Assembly (NCBI GenBank): GCA_942492815.1 | Contig: OW818658.1 | Coordinates: 5,402,198 to 5,466,197 of the forward strand | Source: Candidatus Hydrogenedentales bacterium | Lineage (GTDB): Bacteria > Hydrogenedentota > Hydrogenedentia > Hydrogenedentales > JAEUWI01 | Length of the DNA: 64,000 nucleotides | Direction: 5' to 3' | In this document: piece after piece, positions 1 through 8,557 of the stretch | How positions within the stretch are numbered: the stretch's first letter is position 1 | How the letters are laid out: every line of letters begins with the position of its first letter | Notes under the pieces: model-generated | The model's database searches: none | Told to the model about the DNA's origin: nothing | What the model saw: the letters and a program-made list of their open reading frames with translations, nothing else | Made by a program: the position numbers and the translations under genes

Positions 1-1
1 T

Positions 2-268
2 GGCGCGGGCGGCCTCCATATTGCCGTGTCTGCCGACTGGCCCTGGGCCGGCAAGATCCACTTCGACGTTCCGCGACACGCGGAGTATTTCAAGATGCCT
101 ACGGACTACCCCCGGCTCAATCAGTTCCCCGAATGGTTCACCGTGAAACCGGAGGCACAGTTCACCGTGGACGGCGCCGCGACTTCCGGCGAAACCCTCC
201 GCGCAGGACTGCCGGTGAAGGTTGATGGAAAGACCGTGGCGCACCTGGAGCTACGCCGCGCGCCCTGA
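2..268 (+). CDS. C-terminal part of a conserved hypothetical protein (5' partial, runs off window start)
   Basis: Frame is open from nt 2 (GAGGLHIAVSADW...) to the stop at 268. Protein-like motif YPRLNQFPEWFTV. Confidence 0.6.
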   Translation, partial: GAGGLHIAVSADWPWAGKIHFDVPRHAEYFKMPTDYPRLNQFPEWFTVKPEAQFTVDGAATSGETLRAGLPVKVDGKTVAHLELRRAP

Positions 269-327
269 ATGATGATACTAAAGGACATCAAAGATATGAA
301 CGACGGGGAATTCGCATCTTCCTCCGC

Positions 328-2574
328 CTACTTTTCCACTGCGAAATAAAAGCCCCAGCCGCCCGCGATTTGATCGATCTTGAGGAGCACGGAGTTCTTC
401 CCCTTCTTCAGGGGCAAGGTTACCTGCTCATCCCCGGGCCGGGCTACGCGACTCGCCTTCGATGACAACAGCAACGCGCCATTGAGCCACAGCTTCACGC
501 CGTCGTTACTGCCCAGCGCCACCTTCAGCTCGGTGTCCTCCTTCACCTCAAACTCCCGCCAGGCATAGGATACGCCGCCCTCGGCGGGCTTCATGATCTT
601 CGCAAAATCCACATAGCCCGTTCGGCCCGGATCCGTGGCGTTCCAGCGCACCGGCGCGCCGCCCAAACCGGTGTATTCCCCCGCGAGATCGATCTCCTTC
701 TCGGGCGCATAGGCCGTGTCGAAGCCTGCACGGCCCTGATTGTCGAAGGGGCCGATGACCTGCCAGTCGGTGACATAGCTCGGGGCCTTCTCCACCTCGG
801 CTACAAAGGCCGCGATCGCGTCTTCACCCAACTGCTCGCCGAATTGCTTGATCTGATGTTCCGCCATGATCCGCTTGAAGCTGTCCAGCACCGGGGGCAG
901 CGCCTCCTTGCTCAGATAGGCCGAGCCGCCGACGGCGTAGAACTGGAGGCGCGCATAAAGGATGGGCAGGTGGGCCAGCTCCACACGCTTCAGCAGCGCC
1001 GGATCGTCTTTCGCGGCGGCCAGCGCCTTCTCGAAATGCCCGTCCGCCCGATCGAGGAACGCCGGTGTCAGATAGGCCATCTGATCCAGACTGGCGAAGA
1101 TGCTGAAGCGCAGATCCTTCGACTGCACCGCCGCCTCCGCCTCGCGAATGTAGGCCGCGATATGGGGCGCCGCGGGACCGTAGACGTTCGCCACAAACTC
1201 ATCGATCAGCGCGCGACCATCCTGGTACGGATCCCACATGAGCTGGGCAAAGACCCACGCCCGCAGGGCCGAGAACTCACCGCCGCCGTGTTCCCGCACG
1301 TTGTTGCCCTGGGCAAAGAGGCCGATGCAGTTGCGCTCGGCGTAGAAGCGCGGGTGCGCAATGACCGACGTCAGATTGGGGTAGGGCATGAGGTAGTGGC
1401 GGAAGTTGGTGTAATAATCCCAGATCGTGATGGAATCCGTAATCTTGCTCCAGGCCTCCAGCCGCTCCACGAAAACCTGATGGTCGTCGCACTCGCCTAT
1501 AGCATGGGCCTCGCAGTACTCATAGTGGCACATGCGAATGGTCACGTTGGGCCGCGGCCGGATCGTCTTCGGCGGCACCTCGGAATAAACATAGGCCAGC
1601 GTCTGCAGGCGCACCCCCGGATGCTTCACCGCCACCACATCGGCGATCTGATTCACGAAGTTCAGCAGCGTCCCCGAATGGCTGCCCTCGGCCTCGTCCA
1701 GCGCGGCGCAATTCGCGCACTCGCAGTAGCCGTAGCCGTCGTTTTGATCAATCGAGAAGACGTCCGCCTCGGGATGCTCTGCAATCCACCGAAGGGTGGT
1801 CTCCGTCGCGATGCGCAGCACCTCCGGATTCGTCAGGCAGAGCTGCACGCGATTGCCCTCGCGCTGCCGCACACCCTCCACGAGCGAGAAGTACTCGGGG
1901 TGCGCGTCGAAGTACTCCTCCGGCGGCACGAGCTGGTTGAAGGTGTGGACAAAGGGGAACACGACAAAGCGTCCGCCTTTTTCATCCGGGATGGGCACCA
2001 TGGACGGATTGACGCGATTGAACACGGAAAAATCGATGTCGTGGACCTCCCGATACCACGGCTCCCGATTGGCAAAGGCCGGCGCCTGGCGATCCGGCAG
2101 ACCGTCCAGCCGCAAAGTGTTCGATTTCGGCACCTTCGTCACTTCGCGGGTGTACCGCCGACACCCGAAGTGATCCCGTAGCAGCCCGATAACGCCATAC
2201 AGCGTGCCCCGGGGCGCCCCGCCCGCAATCAGCAGGTCATCGCCCGCCTGCTGAATGATGTACTCCTCCTTCCCGAAGGACGCTGGGTCAAGATCACCAA
2301 TCACCGCCGCGGGTGCATCCTGAAAGCCCACGTATATCAGGCTCGCGCTCTCGTCCAGCTTCGACACAATGGGCAGCGTGCAACCACTGATCCGCGTAAT
2401 ATAATCCTGCAGCACCGACGCCGCGTAGTGCTCCGCCGCCGTGGCGGAAGGCGAGGAATAGATGCGGTAGTCGCTCTTCCCCTGCTCCACCAGAGGTACG
2501 GCCAGCACCGAAGCCGCCGCCAACAGGCAAGACACGATCAAACCGTTCAGGACCAATCCTCCGCATATCTTCAT
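328..2574 (-). CDS. DUF4838 domain secreted protein with a C-terminal beta-sandwich (PA14-like) module
   Basis: 748-aa ORF with signal peptide. Motifs RGTLYGVIG and HTF..LVPPEEYFDAHPEYF...QLCLTNP. C-terminal WQVIGPFDN...GSNDG..LWLNG. Confidence 0.8.
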   Translation of the reverse strand: MKICGGLVLNGLIVSCLLAAASVLAVPLVEQGKSDYRIYSSPSATAAEHYAASVLQDYITRISGCTLPIVSKLDESASLIYVGFQDAPAAVIGDLDPASFGKEEYIIQQAGDDLLIAGGAPRGTLYGVIGLLRDHFGCRRYTREVTKVPKSNTLRLDGLPDRQAPAFANREPWYREVHDIDFSVFNRVNPSMVPIPDEKGGRFVVFPFVHTFNQLVPPEEYFDAHPEYFSLVEGVRQREGNRVQLCLTNPEVLRIATETTLRWIAEHPEADVFSIDQNDGYGYCECANCAALDEAEGSHSGTLLNFVNQIADVVAVKHPGVRLQTLAYVYSEVPPKTIRPRPNVTIRMCHYEYCEAHAIGECDDHQVFVERLEAWSKITDSITIWDYYTNFRHYLMPYPNLTSVIAHPRFYAERNCIGLFAQGNNVREHGGGEFSALRAWVFAQLMWDPYQDGRALIDEFVANVYGPAAPHIAAYIREAEAAVQSKDLRFSIFASLDQMAYLTPAFLDRADGHFEKALAAAKDDPALLKRVELAHLPILYARLQFYAVGGSAYLSKEALPPVLDSFKRIMAEHQIKQFGEQLGEDAIAAFVAEVEKAPSYVTDWQVIGPFDNQGRAGFDTAYAPEKEIDLAGEYTGLGGAPVRWNATDPGRTGYVDFAKIMKPAEGGVSYAWREFEVKEDTELKVALGSNDGVKLWLNGALLLSSKASRVARPGDEQVTLPLKKGKNSVLLKIDQIAGGWGFYFAVEK

Positions 2575-2666
2575 GCGTTCAAACTCCTATTTCTGTAAGA
2601 CATTAGCCGAATGAATTAAGTGCGCTCCTAGGACTCTTCTCGCACCAAGCAGGAAGCCGATCTTGC

Positions 2667-2918
2667 GGGGCTCAGACATTCCTGTCTGAGGCAAGACCCA
2701 CCTTGGTCACCGAAGGCCACCGGGGTGTGTCGCGTCGCCACAACGAGAAATGTCATTCCCACGAAAGTGGGAATCCAGTGCGCGGGTGCAGTGCACTCCG
2801 TGAATTCTCTGGATCCCCACCTTCGTGGGGATGACGAGACCATTGATTCCTTTACAAGTTCACAGTGCCATTTGGCCGCTCCAATGGGCTTTGCCTCAGA
2901 CAGGAATGTCTGAGGCCC
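2667..2918. repeat. Outer REP-like inverted pair (CTCAGACATTCCTGTCTGAGGCAA family)
   Basis: 2667-2694 and 2891-2918 are reverse complements (27/28). Confidence 0.85.
2752..2835. repeat. Inner dRS3/RPE-like inverted pair GTCATTCCCACGAAAGTGGGAATCCAG
   Basis: 2752-2778 vs reverse complement of 2809-2835, 24/27. Each arm is itself a hairpin (ATTCCC-N8-GGGAAT type). Confidence 0.85.
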
Positions 2919-3064
2919 TTTGAAGGCGATTCACTTGATGTTGGATACTTTGATGGAGCGTGATTGCCATTCCGTATCATTCCTCTGAAGTGCCACAAAC
3001 TTTCAATGTTGTCGACCTGTCATCGCTTCACATTCTTCGCGCCTTTGCGTGCAAAAAAACTTCC

Positions 3065-5737
3065 CTACTTCGCCTTCGAATAAATCACCACCGCCGCACC
3101 CGGCTTCTCCTTCAACTCAATCGCCACTCCCTCCTCCATCAGGGCCTTCCCAGTCATGCGTATGGCGCCTTCCGCGTCCACATTCCGCACGTCGTACTCC
3201 GCATCCGCTTCGAGACCGCGCAGGGGGAAGGTTGCGCCGAAGAACTGGCTTTCGTTCCGGCGGAAGGCCTGCACAAAGCCCGTGCCCTCTTCGGGGCGAT
3301 GGTATTGCCATGCGATCCAATTCCCCTGCGAGACGCTCCAGGGGGTCAGGGGATAGTAGTCGCCGTAGTAGTTCGGACCGACCTCCAGCCACTCCTTATA
3401 GAGCTTCATGATCAGCGCGTCGTCCACCGCCACGCGGAAGTCGAAGCAGCCGATATTGGCGGGGCACATGTTGCTCCGGCGCATGTAAGGATGGTAGGAC
3501 GAGCCGCCCGTGCCTTCGCCCCAGCCCACGGTATTGGAGGGGTTGTAGCCCGTGCCGAAGATCGGCAGCCACAGGGACAGGCCGTAGGTGTGGCCCTGCT
3601 GGCCCGCGGGCTCGAAGAGGTAGTCGCTCCGCAGCAGGGGAATGGCCCGGCGCATGGTCTCCAGATCGTTGCGACGTCCGCCCGAAGCGCAGGAGTCGAT
3701 CAACATTCCCGGATGCCGCCGCAGGAGCTCGTCCCAGTAGGCGAGGTAGCCCATGACGTACTTATTCTCCGTCATGCCCTGGCGCTCTACCGTGTCGTTC
3801 TCGCGCCAGAATTTGAGCGGGTCGATGTTGTAGTCCTGGCGGTACAGGTCGATACCTTCGTCGGTGATGATCTGGTCGATGTGGTTCACGAGCCAGTTCC
3901 AGGCTTCGGAATTGCCCAGGTTCAGCAGCCCGCCCTTGTCCCCGCCGAAGATCCACTCGGGGTGCTCCGTGGCCAACCAAGTGCCCCCCGCCACGCGCTC
4001 GGGCTCAAACCACACGATGGTTTTCACGCCCTTGCTGCGCCCATGATCGCTCACCGCGCGCAGGCCGTTGGGAAAGCGGTTCGGGCTGCGATCCACTTCC
4101 CAAGTGCCGGTCCAGGGCCAGTTGTTCTCCGCCGCGCCCACATACCAGCCCGCGTCCATCCACCAGTAATCGATCTTCAGCCCCTTGGCGAGGTAGCTGT
4201 CGAGAAAATCCTTCTGATTCTGCTCGTTCGCCTTGGTCATCTCCGCGAACTGGTGGGAGCTGCACGCCGCGAAGAAGGGCAGTTTGATTCGCTCGCCGTG
4301 GGGCTTAGGAATGTTGTACTGGATCATCCAGCGACGCCAGATGTTCTGCGCGTCGATCCAGTCGTTGTTTTGCGTGAACTGCACCACCACCAGCGGCGTG
4401 CGGATCTCTTCGCCCGGCTCCAGCCGAAGGTGGGTCAGTTCCTGGCCCGCCTGGACCTGAATTCCAGAGCCGACGTCCCGCTTGAAGTCCGCCGCCCACT
4501 GGCCCGGCCAGCCGATGGTCACAATCGCGCCTTCGTCACCGGAGCGCAGGTTGAAATAGGGATAGGCGAAGTTCGTGCCCCGGCCGCCTTCTGGCACTCT
4601 GTGGAACGATTCCCCCGCGCCCAGCGGTGTCACCAGGGGCTGATAGGCCGTTGCCGAAAGATTGTCGCCGTTGTTGTGATGGAGCACAAAATCATCGCCC
4701 GCGTCGTGCTGGAAGGTCGTGTCGATGCCCTGAACCTTCTCCAGCAACGGTGTTGTCTCGGAGGACGTGTTCTTCAGGTAGACCGTCCACTCCACCGTCT
4801 TGAAATCGCGGTACTCCAGGCCCTGCCAACGGACCTCCAGGCCCGTCTCCGGATCCTTCCACGTGATCGTGTGGGCCGTGCGCTGTCCATCCAGCGCGGT
4901 GCTTTCATCCGTGCGCGCGCTCCGCGCCAGCACCGCGTCGGAAGCCACCCCGCCATATACGAAGGAGAATGGCGCGCTCACCGGACCATCACCCAGGGCC
5001 GCCTTCCACGCCGCGCGTCGGTCCGGACCGCCCAGGGTCATGTCCGCCTGCGTGCCCAGCCAGTGCAGCAGCGCCGGTGGCGCGGGCTCATATTTCTCCA
5101 CCTGCAGCGTAAACTGGCCCACGAAATCCGGCGTGCCGCTCGCGCCCGTGGCATGGGCGCCCACCAGGTCCAGATTGTCCGCCACGGCCGGCGGTGCAAA
5201 GTGAAAATCCGTCAGCGTCGCCTTCAGTCGCTTGCCCGGCTCCGTAAACACCCACAGCCCCGCCGGATTGTCCCCATGGGTCAGCGTGCCCGCCGCAGCG
5301 ATGTCGGCAATGGGCAGACCCATGGTCACCTTCGCGCCGTTCGCCTTCAACGCTGGCGCGGCAGCACCCGCTTTCGCCATCTGCGTTATTGCGGAGAGCC
5401 CCGCCTTGTCCTGCGCGCCGTCGAAAAACAGATTCAGCCCCGTGTGCTTCCACGTTTCGCCAAACTCCGCGTGAAAGGTGTACGTGTGCGTACCCGGCGT
5501 CAGGGGAATGCGAATCGTGTTGTCCCCCGCGCCGTTCAGCCACTGCGGCGCGGCGGCGGCCTCCCCCGAATACACAAAAAGGTCCCACGCGGCATCCACC
5601 GGCCCCGCGTTGTAGCGATGCCGGGGATTCACGGTACCCTGTTCGTCGGTTTCAAAGAGGGCGATGCCGGTAAGGTCCAGGGCGGATGCGGACCAAGGCG
5701 CGGCGGCCAGCATTATGAGCGATAAATACTTCATCAT
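3065..5737 (-). CDS. Alpha-galactosidase-like glycoside hydrolase (GH36/clan D) with a long N-terminal extension
   Basis: Signal peptide MMKYLSL... (start moved from 5896 to 5737). Motifs WWMDAGWY, WFEPERV, YRQDYN, IDSCASGGRRNDLE, LLRSD. Confidence 0.8.
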   Translation of the reverse strand: MMKYLSLIMLAAAPWSASALDLTGIALFETDEQGTVNPRHRYNAGPVDAAWDLFVYSGEAAAAPQWLNGAGDNTIRIPLTPGTHTYTFHAEFGETWKHTGLNLFFDGAQDKAGLSAITQMAKAGAAAPALKANGAKVTMGLPIADIAAAGTLTHGDNPAGLWVFTEPGKRLKATLTDFHFAPPAVADNLDLVGAHATGASGTPDFVGQFTLQVEKYEPAPPALLHWLGTQADMTLGGPDRRAAWKAALGDGPVSAPFSFVYGGVASDAVLARSARTDESTALDGQRTAHTITWKDPETGLEVRWQGLEYRDFKTVEWTVYLKNTSSETTPLLEKVQGIDTTFQHDAGDDFVLHHNNGDNLSATAYQPLVTPLGAGESFHRVPEGGRGTNFAYPYFNLRSGDEGAIVTIGWPGQWAADFKRDVGSGIQVQAGQELTHLRLEPGEEIRTPLVVVQFTQNNDWIDAQNIWRRWMIQYNIPKPHGERIKLPFFAACSSHQFAEMTKANEQNQKDFLDSYLAKGLKIDYWWMDAGWYVGAAENNWPWTGTWEVDRSPNRFPNGLRAVSDHGRSKGVKTIVWFEPERVAGGTWLATEHPEWIFGGDKGGLLNLGNSEAWNWLVNHIDQIITDEGIDLYRQDYNIDPLKFWRENDTVERQGMTENKYVMGYLAYWDELLRRHPGMLIDSCASGGRRNDLETMRRAIPLLRSDYLFEPAGQQGHTYGLSLWLPIFGTGYNPSNTVGWGEGTGGSSYHPYMRRSNMCPANIGCFDFRVAVDDALIMKLYKEWLEVGPNYYGDYYPLTPWSVSQGNWIAWQYHRPEEGTGFVQAFRRNESQFFGATFPLRGLEADAEYDVRNVDAEGAIRMTGKALMEEGVAIELKEKPGAAVVIYSKAK

Positions 5738-5771
5738 GGGGTAATTCCTTAATCCAGACTTGCCATTGGGC

Positions 5772-6152
5772 TTATGCACGAACCCTGAAGAACTCGATTT
5801 GAATACCTGGCTCGATGCGAATGCGCGCACCGTAAGGTATGGGCGCGTCGCCGTCATATCGACCGCCAAACAGACATCCGCCACCAATTTCGACATAGTT
5901 GCCCCGGGAATCGTTCACCCACCGCGCGGCATCGCTTTCTGCAATCCGACAGTCCACAATCGCCAGGGCACAGCCATCACGAAACAATGCAATGTCTACG
6001 TCCCCATCGAACTGGCGCACCTTCACCACGAGACGCATCTCATCCTTCATAACGGTAAAGGTGTGGCTGATGTCGTACTCTTCCACTTCTGGAACGACGC
6101 CCAGACATTGGATAAAGTCTACTGAACTCCACTTAAGCAGTGGCACCGGCAT
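5772..6152 (-). CDS. Hypothetical protein (126 aa)
   Basis: ORF with plausible globular composition. ATG 6152 is preceded by a G-rich RBS-like sequence. Confidence 0.55.
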   Translation of the reverse strand: MPVPLLKWSSVDFIQCLGVVPEVEEYDISHTFTVMKDEMRLVVKVRQFDGDVDIALFRDGCALAIVDCRIAESDAARWVNDSRGNYVEIGGGCLFGGRYDGDAPIPYGARIRIEPGIQIEFFRVRA

Positions 6153-6258
6153 TCCCCACTTTGTCGGCCGCAAATGGCACGGCCATCACCGTGATCTCAC
6201 ACAAGATTGGCACGGCATCTTCCGTGCGCTCGCTCGTTCCTCGTTCCCAGGCTCTGCC

Positions 6259-7764
6259 CTTGTCATTACCCATAAGTTTTCTGTCCTAGTGCGATTAGAT
6301 ACCCTTCAAGTAGGAGCATGAGTTGGAGCCAACCTCGCCAGATACTGAGCCAGCCGGGTGGGCCGTCGTTTTTTCTCCCGACGTAGCCGCCCATCCGGGC
6401 GATGGCGCGCATGGCGGATGCGTTGGTCCACCCGCACTTGGGACGGCCGATGGTTTTTTCGAGGATGTCCAGCGCTTCGGGCCGCAGCAGGCCGGGGCTG
6501 ACGGCCTCGTCGGGCAGATTATTGGCGAGGAGCTTGAGTTGGAGCAGATCCGCAGCGATGGGCGCATGAATGGCGAGCAGGGCTTCGATCCGCTTGGCGC
6601 TGGACAACTGGCTGTCTTCGATATGGGTGCCCGTCTTGAGAGCTTTGTGATACTCCTCGATCAGCCAGCGGCACGCATAGGCGCCAATCACGCGCCGGGT
6701 CTGGATGAAGTGCTCGCATGGCCAACTGGTCAGCAAGACCCAGTGGATAGGCTCCTTTACATCCGCCGGCGGATCGATCTCGCGCACTTCCACCACGCTA
6801 GTCGACTGGGGGGCATGGCGTCCTGGCAAGTCGCGCGGCGGCACGATCTCGGTTTTCACCGCCCGTACTTCTACCCGCGCTTTTCGTGCGGCAACATCGG
6901 GACGGGCGCGCAAATCCAGCGTGTACCGCCCCTGCACGGGAGCATGGGCCACCGTCGCGAATACACTGCCAGCCTCCGATGTGGTGCGTCGAGCCTGCGC
7001 AGCGCGGATCACCCAATCCTGGCTTATAGGCCGCGTTACATTGTTCAAGCACCTCGAAGATATCGGACTCCCGATCCGACACCAACGTCCAACGTGCCCC
7101 TTCGGGCGGTGCTCCGGCTTCTGCCATGGCCCGGCCCCAGCGCCAGGACTCACCCGTTTTGCCTTTCGTGCGCTTTTCGATCCGTTTTACGCGCTTGCGT
7201 TCAGCCCGGGTGCCCTCGGGTTCCGTACGGGCCCAAGCCTGTTGTCCAAAGACTCCCACGAGCACCACTTGCGGTTCGTGTTCGTTACCCCATTGCGTGA
7301 TGCGTGCCGCCAGATTGGTATGAACCAGGAGCCCTTGGCTGGTATCGCATGTGAGCGGCCCCATTCCCGGAATCGCTCCTCGCTGCGTAAAGGACAGCGC
7401 TGTCGTGTCCTCGATCAACAAGTATTCGCCCGGCTCTCGGCACTGTTCGCGTGTCGCGCTTACATGTGGCTTCAATATACCTTCGTGCGTCACCTTCGGA
7501 TTACCCAACAGCCGATAAGCGGCTTTCAGCGCCATTCCATCGTTAATGGCCTGTGGAAGCGTACCACGAGGATTCCTGCGAATACACGAGGCCACCTCCA
7601 CAAGACGACGGAGCAAGCGAAGGTCACCCAACGCCGCGCCCCAAAAGTGCCGATGAGCCCACGTCGATGTATCCATAACCATACTCCCAGCAATAGCTTA
7701 GCAAGAAAATACTATATATGGTATGGATATTAAATATAAACAACAATATATGGGTAATGACAAG
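6259..7764 (-). mobile_element. IS4-family (IS50/Tn5-like) insertion sequence, 1506 bp
   Basis: Perfect 16-bp TIRs CTTGTCATTACCCATA (6259-6274) / TATGGGTAATGACAAG (7749-7764). 9-bp direct repeat GGCTCTGCC at 6250-6258 and 7765-7773. Confidence 0.95.
6266..7682 (-). pseudogene. IS4-family DDE transposase, frameshifted near 7025
   Basis: ORF 6798-7682 has the Tn5-like N-terminus (ALGDLR, LLIEDTT, SDRESD). ORF 6266-7153 has DWVIRA, YACRWLIEEYHKALK (YREK) and PPGWLSIWRGW. The two join by a 1-nt shift. Confidence 0.9.
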
Positions 7765-7831
7765 GGCTCTGCCTGGGAATGCAGTCCCCGGAGCTACGCT
7801 CCGAAGTCCACCCTCCATGATGGCCGATGCA

Positions 7832-8206
7832 TCACCTCACATACAAGCACCCGTGTGCTGTGCTTGGAAACACGCTCGGCTCCCGGTGTGCTACGCTATT
7901 CGGCAACGCCGATTCGTTGCCCGCCTTGCGCAGGCCGTGGAAGATGTCCGCCATTTCCTGTGTGATGATGTCTTCGAGCTTGAGTCGGCGAAGGATGTCG
8001 CTGAAATCGTCCTCGGGGAGCAGGCGCATACCGTCGTAGGCCGCCGCGTCCTCCGCCAGGGCTTCGGCGAGCTGGCGTAACTTGATCAGGGTGGTATTTG
8101 GGTCATCCAGGACATAGCGCTCCGCCCGCGCCGCGTATTCCAGGAGCTGGGGATCGTGATCGGCGAGGAAATTGAAGTTGGGCGATTTCAGGGCAGGTGC
8201 TGTCAT
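7832..8206 (-). pseudogene. Truncated DUF4145 (HsdR N-terminal, HEPN-like) paralogue: 98 homologous codons plus a 26-aa unrelated tail
   Basis: MTAPALKSPNF...LRKAGNE is 95/98 identical to the N-terminus of CDS 41103-42323. Homology ends at 7913. Confidence 0.8.
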
Positions 8207-8317
8207 GGGTGCTCTCTTTCGGTGGAGGTAGTTATACCGCAAGAGCGATGGCGGGATGCAAGGAAGAATGATTGGCCGGGAAAGGACGTAAAGAGTAACG
8301 CCCGGAATTTCGGAATG

Positions 8318-8499
8318 AAGGATCTTGGACATTCTTGTCCGAGGCAAAAGGCGTTACGGCATGGAGGCACTTTCTCCGCGTGCAGGTCGCCTGTGAATCC
8401 TGAGTCACAACTTCGGCGACACACGATCACGGAGCATGTTCGACGGGTCCTTCCGCGTTGGCGCGCGCCTTGCCTCGGACAGGAATGTCCAAGATCCTT
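8318..8499. repeat. REP-like inverted pair, same family as 2667-2918
   Basis: 8318-8347 vs reverse complement of 8470-8499, 29/30. Core TTGCCTCrGACAGGAATGTC. Confidence 0.85.
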
Positions 8500-8557
8500 T
8501 ATGCGGCAATGTCGGGTGAACCTTCGAACTTCGCCCCGCGCCAAAAGGCTATGCTCT

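Larger units (their letters stand above)
6240..7803. repeat. REP-like hairpin CTCGTTCCCAGGCTCTGCCTGGGAATGC split by the IS, followed by a second hairpin CGGAGCTACGCTCCG
   Basis: Removing the IS and one TSD copy restores TTCCCAGG-CTCTG-CCTGGGAA. Confidence 0.8.

Noticed and set aside
2960-5725. Long antisense or alternative-frame ORFs (e.g. 844-2181, 2960-5725, 20041-21609, 21625-22611, 34312-35631, 41079-42173, 43527-45158, 59042-60163)
   Set aside because: They are shadows of recognisable genes on the opposite strand in GC-rich DNA and carry no motifs.
5738-6258. Integron cassette / attC around the orphan ORF (also checked 50047-50189)
   Set aside because: No RYYYAAC...GTTRRRY pair with correct spacing and no integrase.
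7913-8296. DGR template/variable repeat pair or assembly duplication with 41014-41396
   Set aside because: Differences include many C/T changes (not adenine-specific) and no reverse transcriptase is present. About 28 codon differences exclude a collapsed-assembly copy.
8207-8347. N-terminal extension of ORF 7832-8347
   Set aside because: It runs through the promoter and a REP. The paralogue starts at the ATG equivalent to 8206.
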